Source of the DNA: Eledone cirrhosa
Lineage: Eukaryota
Direction: 5' to 3'
Assembly: GCA_964016885.1 (NCBI GenBank)
Contig: OZ024751.1
Location: forward strand, 44,392,001-44,456,000
DNA: 64,000 nucleotides
The position numbers were made by a program, and so were the translations under genes. The notes under the pieces are model-generated. The model saw only the letters and a list, made by a program, of their open reading frames with translations, did not search any database and was not told where the DNA came from. This document shows, in pieces, positions 1 to 14,157 of this stretch (the stretch's first letter is position 1; each line of letters starts with the position of its first letter).

Positions 1-84
1 TAACATCACAGGCTTTTTACCCAGGTTTCTCGTCTGTGGATACCATCTTCACCCACTCTCTTACCTATGTATGGAGTATATATA

Positions 85-380
85 TATATTCATTTTATAA
101 TAGCAATGACTTCTACAGGACTTGAACTGTTTCATTCGTAAAAAAACATCCGGAAAGTCAGATAATTTTTGTCAGATTATTTCTAAGAACATTATAGATA
201 CCGAAACTGACAAAAATTATTTGACTTTCCGGATGATGTTTTTTTACGAATGAAAACGAATGAAACAGTTCTAGTCCTGTAGAAGTCATTTCTATAATAA
301 AATGAATATACCTATAATCTACTAACGTTTTAAGTACATTTTTTGACAGTGGTCACCTCCTGGTTTACACCGGGATTCTA
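85..380. mobile_element. Fold-back PLE pLTR-like mini-element (family C); arms 85-175 / 207-310, with 3' extension to ~380
   Basis: ~95-bp inverted arms. The right arm carries GAAAC-agttcta-GTC (a hammerhead 3' half). Homologous to 31552-31726. Flanked by (TA)n and (CA)n. Confidence 0.65.
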
Positions 381-528
381 CACACACACACACATTGCAA
401 AACGGACAGTCCCTTCTACGTCAACCTCCGTAAATCACTATAGTTTCAATGCATCAACATTCCTTCCTCTGTTGAGACGTCTAACTAAAGTTAGACACAC
501 AAGTTGTGCCTTTCGGTGAATTACACAG

Positions 529-790
529 CTAAAGATAGCTTTGGGGGTATTTGTTTCAGCTTTCTGCTCTCCGAGTTCAAATCACACCCAAGTCAACTTT
601 GCTTTTCATACATTCCATGTCGACGAAAAAGTACGAGTCAAGTACTGGGGTCGATTCTTCTACTGTAACTCTTTCTCACTTCCATTGACTCCTCTGTTCT
701 TTTATGGAAGAAATCTTTTTGTATTCAGACCCGGAGATGTGATAGGTTTCGCCAGATTTAGAATACGCCCTAGAAACGCCGTATATCAAT
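529..790 (+). mobile_element. tRNA-derived SINE, long-tail subfamily (degenerate)
   Basis: B-box-like gagttcaaatc, a degenerate aactttgcttttcat...gtcgac core and a tail shared with 26590, 55490 and 59290. Confidence 0.6.
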
Positions 791-1439
791 ATACATACAT
801 AATATTCATACATAAACACACACATATACAACTATATATAGAGTTGTATGATTTAGATATTTTAAAGAATAAAAAAAATACTATATTTTTGAAGGAACAT
901 GAAAAATATGTCTTCAGGTAAACGATAATATGATTACTAAAATATGGACAATTTTAGGTCAATACTAGTTGTACAAAGTTACTTTTGCACATCCAGTAGT
1001 TGCATCCATCTTACCTGGTACTAAATTCCGCAAATAAAAAAAAAATGCTTCCGACGACGAATCCAATTGTTTGTTTCGTTATTTATAAAAATTTAACCTC
1101 TCAATTCATCCCTTAAATAATTGAATATTCTAACCCTCCCACTCTTCCTTATTTTCTTACCCTGTCTACAACCTCCCCCCATTCTCTCTCCCCCTCTCTC
1201 TCTCTGTTTCCCTCCCCCACACGCATTCTATAAGCTCACTTCCTTCCCTTTTCTGTAACCTCTCACACTCTTACTCTTTTTACAACTTCATGCATTTTCT
1301 CTATTTCTTTCTCTCTTTTTCAGTCTCACTTTCACCTATGTCACATCACTCTCTCACTTTGTTACTCTCTCTCTCTACATCATATCCTCTGCCTATCATA
1401 TCACATCACTCTCTCTCTCTCAATCATACCCTCAATAAA

Positions 1440-1665
1440 CTGCATTTCTTGGACATCTTTTATACCTGGCTGAGCCCATCTCCTCTCCACGTCTGAATAC
1501 AGCAGATTTCTTCCAGAGAAAGATAAAAGGTGAGATAGAGATATAGAGGAAGAATGGACGCCCGTACTAAACTGCTACTAAAAGGATGAAAGACAAAGTT
1601 GTCCTCGGTGGGATTCGAACTTGAGCCCGAACGAATACCTCAAAACATTCTATCCGACGTTCTAA
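1440..1665 (-). mobile_element. tRNA-derived SINE, long-tail subfamily
   Basis: Reverse-complement of gttcgaatcccaccgagg-acaactttgtctttcatcc plus the ctggaagaaatctgctgtattcagac tail. Confidence 0.6.
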
Positions 1666-1683
1666 TCTTATGTTTATTATTAT

Positions 1684-1872
1684 GGTAGATTGGCAGTATG
1701 GGTTGAGGGTCGGACGCCATGTTTGACGCATAGAGTTACGGCCCTTGCCATTCTGAGTTCAAATTCCGCTGAGGTTAACTTTGCCTTTCATCCTTACGGG
1801 GTCGATAAAATAAAGTACCAGTAATGCACTGGGATAATTGTTGGCCTTGTGCCAAAAGTAGAAACAACTATT
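1684..1872 (+). mobile_element. tRNA-derived SINE with Meta-like core (short subfamily)
   Basis: tggcagtatgggt A-box-like, gagttcaaattcc B-box, gcctttcatccttacggggtcgataaaataaagtaccag core and ggccttgtgccaaaagtagaaacaa 3' end. More than 10 copies in the window. Confidence 0.8.
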
Positions 1873-1887
1873 ATCTTATTTTATATC

Positions 1888-2097
1888 TTGGCAGAATTGG
1901 TAGAGCATCGGACAACATGCTCTGTGACATATAGTTACGGCCCTTTACGTTCTAAGTTCAAATTCTGATGAAGTTAACTTTGCCTGTCATCCTTACGGGA
2001 TCAATAAAATAAAGTACCAGTAATATACGGAGGACGGTTTAATCGACTTTCCCCAGTCCCCAAATTTGTTGACCTTGTGTCTAAATCAGAAATCATG
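1888..2097 (+). mobile_element. tRNA-derived SINE, tandem second copy
   Basis: Same head and core as 1684-1872. Confidence 0.7.
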
Positions 2098-2496
2098 ATC
2101 TTATCTTCTATTCTAACCTTGACACAAGGCTATAAATTGGTACGAAGGAGTATTGTTGATTTTTAATCAGCCGACAGTCTTGACTCGTACTTAAATCATA
2201 AACCATTGGATGGATAAAAAGGCAAGGTTGACCCTTATTCATAATCCCTTAATAATAATAATCCCTTAATAGTAAGCGGTTTATAATAATAATAATAATC
2301 CCTTAATAACGGTTTCTAACATTGACACAAGGCCAAACATTAATAGAGGTGGTAGTGGTGGGGGGAGGAAAGAGGGGTGGGACTTTTCTTCCGGTGTTTC
2401 GTTATGTCCCTTTAGGTATTCAATTGGAACCTAACAGGTGCCAACACAGCTTTCTACTTCTCAGAGTAAGGTAAAATAACTTTCAGCTGCGCACGC

Positions 2497-2575
<79 letters not shown>

Positions 2576-2754
2576 ATGTATATATAATTTCTCCTTACAC
2601 AACTTTACACAAATTAAGCACAGATTAGCAGAGGTGTGAATCCTGACCATCGGACAGAGAGATTAACCTGGTGGAGTCTATCCCTCTATAAGTTTGAACA
2701 CAGCTGATTTCCTCCAATAAAAGTGTGTGTGAGAGAGAGAGAGAGAAGAATTTA

Positions 2755-2925
2755 CCCTACTACTGACCCGGTGTATAATTTATCAACCGTGTAAGGGGAT
2801 GAAAGGCAAACTTGACCTAGGGTGGATTTGAACTCAGAACGCTGCGAGTCAGGACAAATAATATGGCGTTACATTTAAAAAAAAAATCCGTTGCACTGAC
2901 TTCTCTGCTGTTTTGCCGCCTTCAG
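2755..2925 (-). mobile_element. tRNA-derived SINE (degenerate)
   Basis: gatgaaaggcaaacttgacc...gatttgaactcagaacg is the reverse complement of the family core and B-box. Confidence 0.6.
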
Positions 2926-4724
2926 TACCCTTTTATTATCGTTGTAACATTCACCGTATAGTCTCGTATGAATTGAAAACCCAAACAAAAAATACGCATA
3001 TAATTTCGTCAAATCTATCTTAAGTAAATTCTTCCACATATATTGAGAACACTTCCATCTCCTTTATAACATTCAACTTATTGTGTTTTGTGTGATAAAC
3101 AGTATATAAATTTATTATTTTTTTTCTTGTGTGTGATTAGAGGGAAGAGTTCTTTTTTTTACTACTAAAGCACCGCAATTGCAAGAAACATTATATATAT
3201 ATATGTATAAACAAAATCAGTTCGGGGATTTACGTACATAGAAAATACAAAGTGGTACCGAGGGCAAATGTATCGTGCCTTACCGTCGGGCTGACCTGGC
3301 ATGTCGAATTTGACAAATGTTAACTGCGCAAAAGCCCCACGCGGGCTTGTGTGTGTAGGTGAAGACACAACTGTGGTGTATAAAAACCAAACACACTGTT
3401 GAAGGGAACAACAAGGAAATGAAAAGAAGAAAAAAGAAAAAAAAGTATCAAGTAACGAAATAAATGGAGAGGTGGGGGGGGGGGGGGCAGACACCACACC
3501 CCTGTCTGAGTGATGCCTCGGCCGCCCGCGCCCCACGGAAAAAATGGTAACGCGTTCCCCTGGATATCCTGCCAGACAAAGTGTTCTCCAATCTGTCCGC
3601 TGGGGCTACAAGGCGGCTTGCGCCATGGATTTTCCACACCAGAAACCGTTCTCTCACACTGTAAGAGTTTGTGACATTGGAGTAGCGATGGTGTATAGAT
3701 AAGGTGTTGGTATCTACGGCATCTGTCGACACATATGGACAGGTAAGTTATAAACACTGACATATATACAGGGTGTCGGCAGAAAAATATACACACTACA
3801 TCTAGTTCGTAGATTACTCCGAATCGAATCGTATAGAAACTATTTAAAATTTAACCTATTTGTTTTTTTCGTAGAAGTGAGTACATATTTTGGGGAAAAA
3901 GCCTGTAAATGTATACATGTATTAGGAAACGGAGAGGGGGGGGGGGAGGAGGAGAGACAGACACCACACTCTATCTGAGTGGTGCCTCGGCCGCGCCCCG
4001 CGGATGAAATCGCGAAGAATAGCGATAGACATCCGCTGCAATAACCATCCCATCCCGTCCCATCCCACCTCAGGCGGGCGGCCATCTTTTCGATTATACA
4101 GAGGAAATCAGTAATGCGTTGACCAAGGACAATAATAACATAGATTCATCGAATCTATGTTATTATTTCGAGGATAACAATCTGGGATTTCTACGGTGAT
4201 TAGAACCTATGATTCAGTAAATGAGGTGTCGATATTTTTGACTAATAATTATATTTTTATAGTTGTGGTTAGTCATACTAATCCACAGTTTACTTCCTGG
4301 TTATCATGAATCCGCTTTAGTCATAACTCTGTTGGATTGTATTTCGGAAGAACTCGCATAAGTCACTCAAATATAAATAGCGATATATCGTCTGCAAGTA
4401 AACGGTATACATTTGTTTTTGTAGCGATTTCTGTTTAAGTTAATCACACGTAACGCACACACTTACACTTTATATATACACACAATCATAAACCGAGAGG
4501 AGACACACACATATATATACACAGATACACATACGCGCGCGCGCACATACACTTTATATATATATATACACACAATCATAAACCGAGAGGAGCCACACAC
4601 ATATATATATATACACAGACACACACACACACATATACATATATATACACAGACACATACACACATATATATGTACACACATACACACACAGATATAAAC
4701 ACTCACGCACATACTAATGTAAGA

Positions 4725-4990
4725 GTGTTTTTCTGACATTGGCACAAAGCCAGCAATTTGAGGAAAAAAGGGAATGTCAATTATATCGTCCCCAGTACAT
4801 TAATGTACCAGTAATACACTGGGGTATTTTGCTGGCCTTGTGCCAAACGTAGAAACAATTATTGGCATATTATTTTATTGAAACCGAAAGGATCTAAAGC
4901 AAAGTTGACCTCGGTGGGACCAGAAGACCGCAAGGTGACAGATTTAACTAAATATCGCAATATATTTTGATCGACGCTCTACCGATGCAA
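4725..4990 (-). mobile_element. SINE (minus strand) interrupted by a plus-strand SINE 3' fragment at ~4803-4863
   Basis: The family 3' end and core are on the minus strand, with an internal taccagtaatacactggg...gtagaaacaattatt in the opposite orientation. Confidence 0.55.
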
Positions 4991-5250
4991 GTGGAGGCAC
5001 GTGGCCTACTGGTAAGTGTTTTGGACTTACGATCATAATGTCGTGGGTTCGATTCCTGGGTTGCGTGTTGTGTTCTTGAGCAAGACACTTCATTTAACGT
5101 TGCTCCAGTTTACTCAGCTGAAAATGAGTACCGGCAATAGCTGAAGGTTTAAACCATAGATGGACTGGCGTCCTGTCCAGGGGGGAAGTCTTGTACTCTC
5201 AGTCGCTTCACGCCATGATACCGGGATAAGTACTGGCCTAATGAGGCCTT
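4991..5250 (+). mobile_element. tRNA-derived V-domain-like SINE
   Basis: gtggcctactggt A-box, gggttcgattcct B-box, gtgttcttgagcaagacactt and gatggactggcgtcctgtccagggg. Related pieces at 8203-8370 (+) and 33300-33440 (-). Confidence 0.65.
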
Positions 5251-5387
5251 TTGTGCTAGTGGTGGTGGTGGTGGTGGTGGTGGTGGTGGTGGTGGTGGTT
5301 GGGGGGGGGGGGGAGTTGTTATAATGATGACACACTTGCAGAGAAGGAATAGATGAATTCGGCGAAATTGATCATTGGTGGAATTGT

Positions 5388-5920
5388 TGATGATGATGGG
5401 GATGGTGATGGCGATGGGGATGATGGTGATGGCGATGGTGATGATGATGGTGATGGCGATGGTGATGGCGATGATGGTGATGATGGTGATGAAGGTGATG
5501 GTGATGATGGTAATGGCGATGGTGATGATGATGGTGATGACGAAGATGATGATTAAGTCATATATAAATCTAGGTGATGATTACATCCTGAAAATAAGGA
5601 GGATGGTGATGGTGGTGATGATGGTGATGGTGGTGATGATGGTGATGGTGGTGATAGTGGTGGTGGTGGTGGTGATGGTGGTGATGGTGATGGTGATGGT
5701 GGTGGTGGTGGTGGTGATGGTGGTGATGATGGTGATGGTGGTGATGATGGTGATGGTGGTGATAGTGGTGGTGGTGGTGGTGATGGTGATGGTGGTGGTG
5801 GTGGTGATGGTGATGGTGGTGATGGTGATGGTGGTGATGATGGTGATGGTGGTGATGATGGTGATGGTGGTGATAGTGGTGGTGGTGGTGGTGATGGTGG
5901 TGATGGTGATGGTGATGGTA
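5388..5920. repeat. (GAT/GGT)n compound trinucleotide repeat
   Basis: Directly visible. It explains the M/V/D/G-rich pseudo-ORFs. Confidence 0.9.
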
Positions 5921-6058
5921 TTAATTTTGAACATCGTCATTAACGTCAACATTATACATACACAACATTATACACACATTATACACACATTATACACACA
6001 TTATACACACATTATACACACATTATACACACATTATACACACATTATACACACACAA

Positions 6059-6105
<47 letters not shown>

Positions 6106-6298
6106 CACATACATATACATATACATATATATATATATACATAAATATATATATAAATGTATACTACACACATATATATACACACATACTACATACACAT
6201 TCATACATATATATAAAAATACACACACACATATATATATATATATATTTGTGTGTGTATAATGTGTGTATTATGTTGTGTATGTATAATGTTGACGT

Positions 6299-6341
<43 letters not shown>

Positions 6342-6542
6342 ATACTGGACTAAGAAGGATCTGGATTGGATTGCCCGTATCAATATCCTTACATCGTTGT
6401 AGTTCTGTGTTCTAATCCCACCGAAATCAATTTTATATTTCTCCCTTAAGTGGTCGATAAAATATCACAGCAGTTAAGTACTGGACACGAATTAATCAAC
6501 TTCCCCCAAATTGTAGGCCTTGTGCCTAAGTTAGATATTATT

Positions 6543-6740
6543 AAGGCGGTGAATTGGCAGTATCGGTAGAGGGTCGGACGCCATGCTTTCCAGCATAGTT
6601 ACGTCCCTTTACGGTATGAGTTAACTTTGCCTACGGTATGAGTTAACTTTGCCTTTCATCCTTACGGGGTCGATAAAATAAAGTATCAGTAATGTACTGG
6701 GTAATTGCTGGCCTTGTGCCTAAAGTAGAAACAATTATTG
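6543..6740 (+). mobile_element. tRNA-derived SINE with internal 22-bp tandem duplication
   Basis: Full head aaggcggtgaattggcagtatcggt, tacggtatgagttaactttgcc present twice, and the family 3' end. Confidence 0.8.
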
Positions 6741-6974
6741 TTGTATCAGTACAGGTAGACTATTAGAGTTACAGAGTGGACACCAAGGCAGTTGAGAGGA
6801 AATAGCGGGCGGCTAATGGCGAAAATTATACCGGAAAATAGCGAAAACATCCGGAATTTCGAGAATTATAAACTGTCTTTAAAAAGTATAAACTGTTTAT
6901 AAAAATTATAAACTCTCTATAAAATAACAGTCTAGACAATTATAAACTATCTATAAAAAAAAAATTGAGAAAAA

Positions 6975-7330
6975 AGGTCTGAGATCTTACGGGCAAAACC
7001 AACCGAGAGGAGACACAGGGGTACACTCCGAGCAAGATGGTTGGATAACATTCAGGAATTCCGCTGGTCGTCGTCTCGTTGCTTGGGGGATCTAGCGGGA
7101 TCAATTGGAGACGGTTGCTTCGGACAGGACTCGTTGGAAGGCATGCTTGAGGACTCGACTCTGCCCTCCACGACTCAAGGAAGGAAGAAGAAGGCAAGGA
7201 AGAAAAAGTAGAAGCAGAAGAAGAAAAATAAGGAGAAAAAGAAGAAGGCAAGGAAGAAGAAGAAGAAGAAGAAGAAGAAGAAGAAGGCAAGGAAGAAGAA
7301 GAAGGCAAAGAAGAAAAAGAAGATAAAGAA
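6975..7330 (+). mobile_element. RTE-clade LINE 3' fragment with (GAA)n-rich tail
   Basis: Translates (frameshifted) to AKPTERRHRGTLRARWLDNI...LETVASDRTRWKACL, which resembles the RTE C-terminal 'RxxGRPxxRW..DR..W' motif. Confidence 0.6.
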
Positions 7331-7767
7331 GGGGATTTAATCAACTATACATATATATTAAGGACGCAGACATGGCTTCGCAATTACAAAACTTAAAAAG
7401 GATTAATTAATGGAGCAATGCAAGATTTCAGCTGAGCAAGCAGATATGTGAAAGGAAGAGCGCACGTCATTCAGTGAGACGCTCCAGCGATTTTACTAAT
7501 TTGTCGCCGTATACAATACTACCACCACCAGCACCACCACCACTACTACCACTGTCACCACCACCACCACCACCACCCACTCCACTGACAAAAATAATAA
7601 AAATGTTTTAGGTACAGTTAACAATATACGTTATATGATGTAATTGTGGGATTATATGAGATTGAAACCCGAAAGGATTGCATTTCTGTGAAATACGTCA
7701 CCAGAGCTGTAGTACATAATATTGTATAATATAGCAGCTGTCACCTGGTCTGTGCTTGACTTCTACG

Positions 7768-8165
<398 letters not shown>

Positions 8166-8634
8166 CACATTCACATACATATACACATAGACACAAATTC
8201 AAGGCTTAGTGATTAGGGCATTGGTTTTGCAATCGTGAGATCAGTTCGATTCGAGGACCCGGGTGATGCCTTGTGTCCTTGAACAAACCATTTTATTTCA
8301 TGCTGCTCCAGTTTAATCAACAATAGAAATGAATTGCGACGCAACTGGTGCCAAGTTGTATCAACCTTATATATATATATTAATATATATATAAGGCTGA
8401 TACAACTTGGCACCATATATATTAATCACATATATTTTTATTGTTTGACCCGAATTACTTGGTCGTTTGTTTTGGCTGTGCGGATGATCCTGTTTAACCA
8501 TCATCTCAGTGTGTTTGGCCCTTAACGTATGTTGTAGCTCTGATTCACATGAATGATCGAGCGCTTGCCACACATCTCGGACGTTGTTTTTCGTTAATTC
8601 CTGAGCTGAAATACGATTCTCGCTAATTTATATT

Positions 8635-8685
<51 letters not shown>

Positions 8686-8766
8686 ATATATATATATTCA
8701 TATATATATATATATATATATATCAATGATTTTAATAAGTGGAAACTATCTTTATAAAACCATAAT

Positions 8767-8827
8767 TATTTTATTATATATATTTCAAGGGTACCAACAT
8801 TTTGGTACGCTCTCATCAGATAAAATA
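8767..8827 (-). ncRNA. Type I hammerhead ribozyme motif (family D)
   Basis: Minus strand: tattttat-CTGATGA-gagcgtacc aaaatgtt ggtaccctt-GAAA-tatata-TA-ataaaata. Perfect 8-bp stem I and palindromic stem III. Confidence 0.8.
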
Positions 8828-8914
8828 CAAAATTATTTTTATAAATGGTGACATAGCCAAGAAACCAGACCTTATCAGTTCAGGTTCAGTTCGTCCGATG
8901 AGGCTTGCTATACC

Positions 8915-8958
<44 letters not shown>

Positions 8959-8962
<4 letters not shown>

Positions 8963-9075
8963 CGTTTCTGAATTCGTTTAGCAAGATTCTTTATCTGAAA
9001 TCGTGTGTTGAAACCGATATTGGGAGGGTCATGGTGCGTGTGTTTCTTATTGGCAACATGACCCTCCCAAAGTAT

Positions 9076-9082
<7 letters not shown>
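8959..9082. mobile_element. Small fold-back pLTR-like element (family A)
   Basis: The family A 3' end lies on the minus strand, joined to a plus copy ending at gtataacaatat. Inverted gggagggtcatg/catgaccctccc. Between (TA)n tracts. Confidence 0.7.
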
Positions 9083-9135
<53 letters not shown>

Positions 9136-9143
<8 letters not shown>

Positions 9144-9696
9144 ATACTTGGGGAGGGTTATATTTGTGTAATATTGCCAGAATTAATAACAGAACACACT
9201 CACTGTTTGGTTGGTTTTCGCTTTTCGCTTCTGTGTCTTTTATATCGGTAATCTAATTTATTCGGTCCTCAATGTTGCCATTGACTGACCAACGGTCAAA
9301 AATAATACAGATACAATATAGACACAAACACATCTTTTCAAAAGATGGCGTATACATACAATGTAACGGGAGGAAACAATAGCACCACTGACGATGTTGC
9401 AGATGTGCAACGAAAGAACTTTGATAAACTATATATATGTGTTTGTGTCTATATTGTATCTGTATTATTTTTTACCGTTGGTCAGTCAATGGCAACATTG
9501 AGGACCGAATAAATTAGATTACCGATATAAAAGACACAGAAGCGAAAAGCGAAAAACCAACCAAACCAAACAGTGAGTGTGTTCTGTTATTAATTCTGGC
9601 AATATTACACAAATATGACCCTCCCCAAGTATAACAATATTTGTTTCGACACACGATTTCATATCAAAAACCTCGCAAAACTAATTCATCGCCGTT
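9136..9696. mobile_element. Fold-back pLTR-like element (family A); arms 9136-9333 / 9437-9640, with hammerhead core in the loop
   Basis: ~200-bp near-perfect inverted arms. The loop has CTGACGA-t-gttgca gatg tgcaac-GAAA-gaac-TT (9388-9421). The 3' extension encodes MTLPKYNNICFDTRFHIKNLAKLIHRR. Confidence 0.75.
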
Positions 9697-10131
9697 ATAT
9701 ATATATATATATATATGGTATAGCAAGCCTCATCGGACACTGGAATAATTCCTTTATTTTCCTCGAAAGAGGAGATATTAATCTCGAGATATCGGGGCAT
9801 ATATATATACACATATATATATATATCCCAGTGCATGTCTGGCATTTTATCTTATCGACCTCGGCGGGATTTCAACTCAGAATGTAAAGGGTCGTAACTC
9901 TATGCCGTAAGTATGCAATATAATGCATGTTTCTTCAGATATAAACATTAGATAATGCATGATGTAAAATATGTGTGGTACATGTGTGTGGTAATTGAGA
10001 TTACAGGACCATATGTAAAGGGTTTCCCCGCTCCAACTCCTGTCTGGTAGGTTTCATCTGTAGATAAAAGGTACACCACTCTCTACATCTGTTCTGGCTA
10101 TGTTAATTATCTTTACGTTAGGCACACGCTC

Positions 10132-10995
<864 letters not shown>

Positions 10996-11959
10996 CGAGA
11001 GACAAAAAATCTTTAGCCTGCTATTGGTTTTATCTGCAGGAATTTTATCTTATCGAAAGGTCAAGTGTCCTATTACGAATCACTATCTGTATGTCCACAC
11101 ACATGTACATGCATACATACATACATATATACACATATATATACATATATACATACATATATACATATATATACTTACATACATGCATAAATACATATAT
11201 ACATACATCATATATACATACATGAATACTAACATATATACATACATGCATGCCTACATATATACATATATACATGCATACATGCATACTTACATGCATG
11301 CATGGTGGCTGCCAACTCGTTTTCGAGTACGGCCACTACTTTATATCCATGTAGGAGAACCCTTACCGATGAGCTGAACGAGTGTGACTTTTTAGTCCAG
11401 CCAGCGACTTGAAATCTCTGGTACAAACACTACACTTGTGACAATTATTGACACATAGTGCTGGGCCCATGGTACCATGTGACGACAAGTGCAGAGAGAT
11501 CTCCAGATATAAAGCAATGCTTGTGCCGTGAAGCTTTTATAGTGAGCAAAGGCTCTGCACAAAGCCAGTCCCACTCTCTTAACCAAGATGATATTTACCA
11601 AAAAGAAGAACAAGTCAACATCATTGGATTACCATCAGGGTTGCAGGTGTTATATCAGAGTTTTCCTTCTCCTAGAATTCTGCCTTGACAAAGGCTAAGG
11701 GGTCATCTCTCCCATGCATACATATATGCATATATACATATACACATACATACATGCATAAATACATATATACATATATACATACATACATATATACATA
11801 TATACATACATGCATACTCACATATATACATAATATATACATACATACATACATACATAAATACATATATACATACACATATATACATCGATATATACAT
11901 CTGACACATCCATCTACTGTATATACATAGATGTAGGCATGCATACCCACCTACCTACA

Positions 11960-11998
<39 letters not shown>

Positions 11999-12105
11999 GG
12001 TGTTGGATGCTTAAAGCGTCCGTATGCGGTAGGCCGTATGATCACTCGATGCTCTCATAGAGCAGAGTATGATATCACATAGGAAACTCTGCTTCGTAGA
12101 ATCAA

Positions 12106-12201
12106 GACGTATTTGAGAACCTTGCGATTTTCAGAGTCAGGCTCGATCATCAAATCGATCGTGCCTCGAACTGGTCGCCAGAGAAACGATTGTAATATGT
12201 C
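12106..12201 (+). ncRNA. Decayed hammerhead motif
   Basis: gacgtat-TTGAGAA (2 core mismatches)-long stem II-GAAA-cgattg-TA-atatgtc, followed by AATAAA at 12203. Confidence 0.5.
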
Positions 12202-12623
12202 CAATAAATTCCATTCGTCGCAACACTGATTCTCTTTTTTTGTTGTGATATATATATATATATATATATTGGTAAACGGAATAGAAAATGCTGACAAATT
12301 GTTCACAGTTGAAAAATGGTTTAATTAGGAATAAAAGAGTATTAGTGATTGTATGAGTTAGTATTCAGTTGTGGTTTTAAGTTTTTAAGTTTTTACCGGT
12401 TGCGCATTTCTAAATGCTTTTCAAAAATAATTTTGAGATAGAGTGTCCGTGCTGTTTGCTCTGATCTGATTAGTTTTGGGAATTCTACCTGTTTTTATGT
12501 TAAAAAAGTGGCTCCAATTTGCAAAAATTCTTGTGGTCAAAACAATTTTGATTGGTCGGTAGAGGTCATGTGAATAAAAAATTGGTTTTGCACCAAGATT
12601 GAGAAATGACTCTTTCACAACAA

Positions 12624-12687
<64 letters not shown>

Positions 12688-13046
12688 CAGAGTAATTCGT
12701 GGTGGCAGGGATGGTCAGTAAGAATGTGTCTGAAAGCAATTTGTGTAAGAATGTGTCTGAAAGTATTTTAGCATGTCAAAAGATATTTTTCAGCTTTTGT
12801 CTTATACGGAGAAGTGCGTGTGTGTGTGTGTGTGTATATAAGTCTCTTTGTATGTTGATGTACGCGTGTGTATGTGTGTGTGTATATATGTGTGTGTGGG
12901 TGGACCAGTATTTGTTTCCCCCTGGTAAAATGGTGTACATTATTCGATTTTTTCAGTAAAATCGGTTCTCTTAATAGAACATCAAAAATCTTAACAATAA
13001 AAGGTGTGAAATGATATTCACTATATATATATACACATACATATAT

Positions 13047-13110
<64 letters not shown>

Positions 13111-13250
13111 TACATACATATATGCACATATATTTTTTTGTGTTGCACCATAGAGCATGTGTGTTTACGTATGTCATTGTGTTTATATGTGGATAGAGAT
13201 GTGTGCTGATGTAGGTATGTATGTTGACGTGTGTATGTTGTGGGTTCGTC

Positions 13251-13672
13251 TTAGGGAGAAGTGTTTAGACGGGGTCCGTATTTGTTAATGAAGTAAGATT
13301 CCTTGCTGATGCGCTGGGTGTGGGTGGCATTATCTTTAAATTTGTAGAGGGGAAAGATTCTGAAGTTGGGATGATTTTGGGCGGCACAGGTATCAATGTG
13401 TTCACTCAGTGGTATTTTCCTGTATTCCCGTATTTTGATTTGGGATCTATGGACAGTCATGCGTTGGCGGAGGCTGTTTTTGGTCTGGCCTATGTATTGT
13501 TCTCGACAACCTGAACAAGTTAATACTTATATTAGATTTTCCGATGCACATGTGAAATTGTGTTTTACTATAAAACGTTGTCCATCTTTGAAATAGAATT
13601 CCGAACCCTCTATTAGGTTGATGCAAATGCCACAGTTGGGTCTATCGCATTTTTTTACTGTGGATTTCGTTA
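13251..13672 (-). pseudogene. Penelope-like element (Neptune-type) GIY-YIG endonuclease C-terminal fragment
   Basis: The minus strand translates to KKCDRPNCGIC...FTCASENLI*VLTCSGCREQYIGQTKNSLRQRMTVHRSQIK...LSEH...RISKESYFINKYGPRLN. This has a Cys-rich linker, LIY/YIG, catalytic R, H and E, and one premature stop. Confidence 0.85.
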
Positions 13673-13933
13673 TATATATATATAAATGAAAATAGAGAAA
13701 TTAATGTGAGCAAGAAGCCAACAGTATTTCATAATATATAAGTGACTATAACGTCAAAATGGAAAATATTTAACGTAAGATATGGGAAAATAATTCAAAC
13801 TCAATTAAAAAAAAATCAAGACAGAGATTTTATCCACAGATTTTGTGAAATCCAGGGAAAAAACCAATATAGTCTTAACTCAGAATAAAATAAAGTTTAA
13901 ATACTTACCCTTCAATTTGGAAAAACTACAAAT

Positions 13934-14014
13934 GCTCTATATAGTCTTAAAAAGACTATTTCACGAAACTTTTCATTGGGATTAGTCACGGTTGGAGTCG
14001 TTCCTCAGTAGAGC
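13934..14014 (-). ncRNA. Type I hammerhead ribozyme motif with full stem III
   Basis: gctcta-CTGAGGA-acga...tcgt-GAAA-tagtctt ttt aagacta-TA-tagagc. All three stems pair. Confidence 0.8.
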
Positions 14015-14067
14015 TCAATACGATAACCAAAACCACTGCCAAAATATGCCAGAAAGGGAATTTAAAA

Positions 14068-14157
<90 letters not shown>

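Noticed and set aside
5353-6262. D/G-rich and M/V-rich ORFs
   Set aside because: Products of (GAT/GGT)n repeats.
11300-11715. Unique ~400-bp island resembling an old LINE 5' UTR
   Set aside because: No ORF, ribozyme or second copy in the window that I could support by eye.
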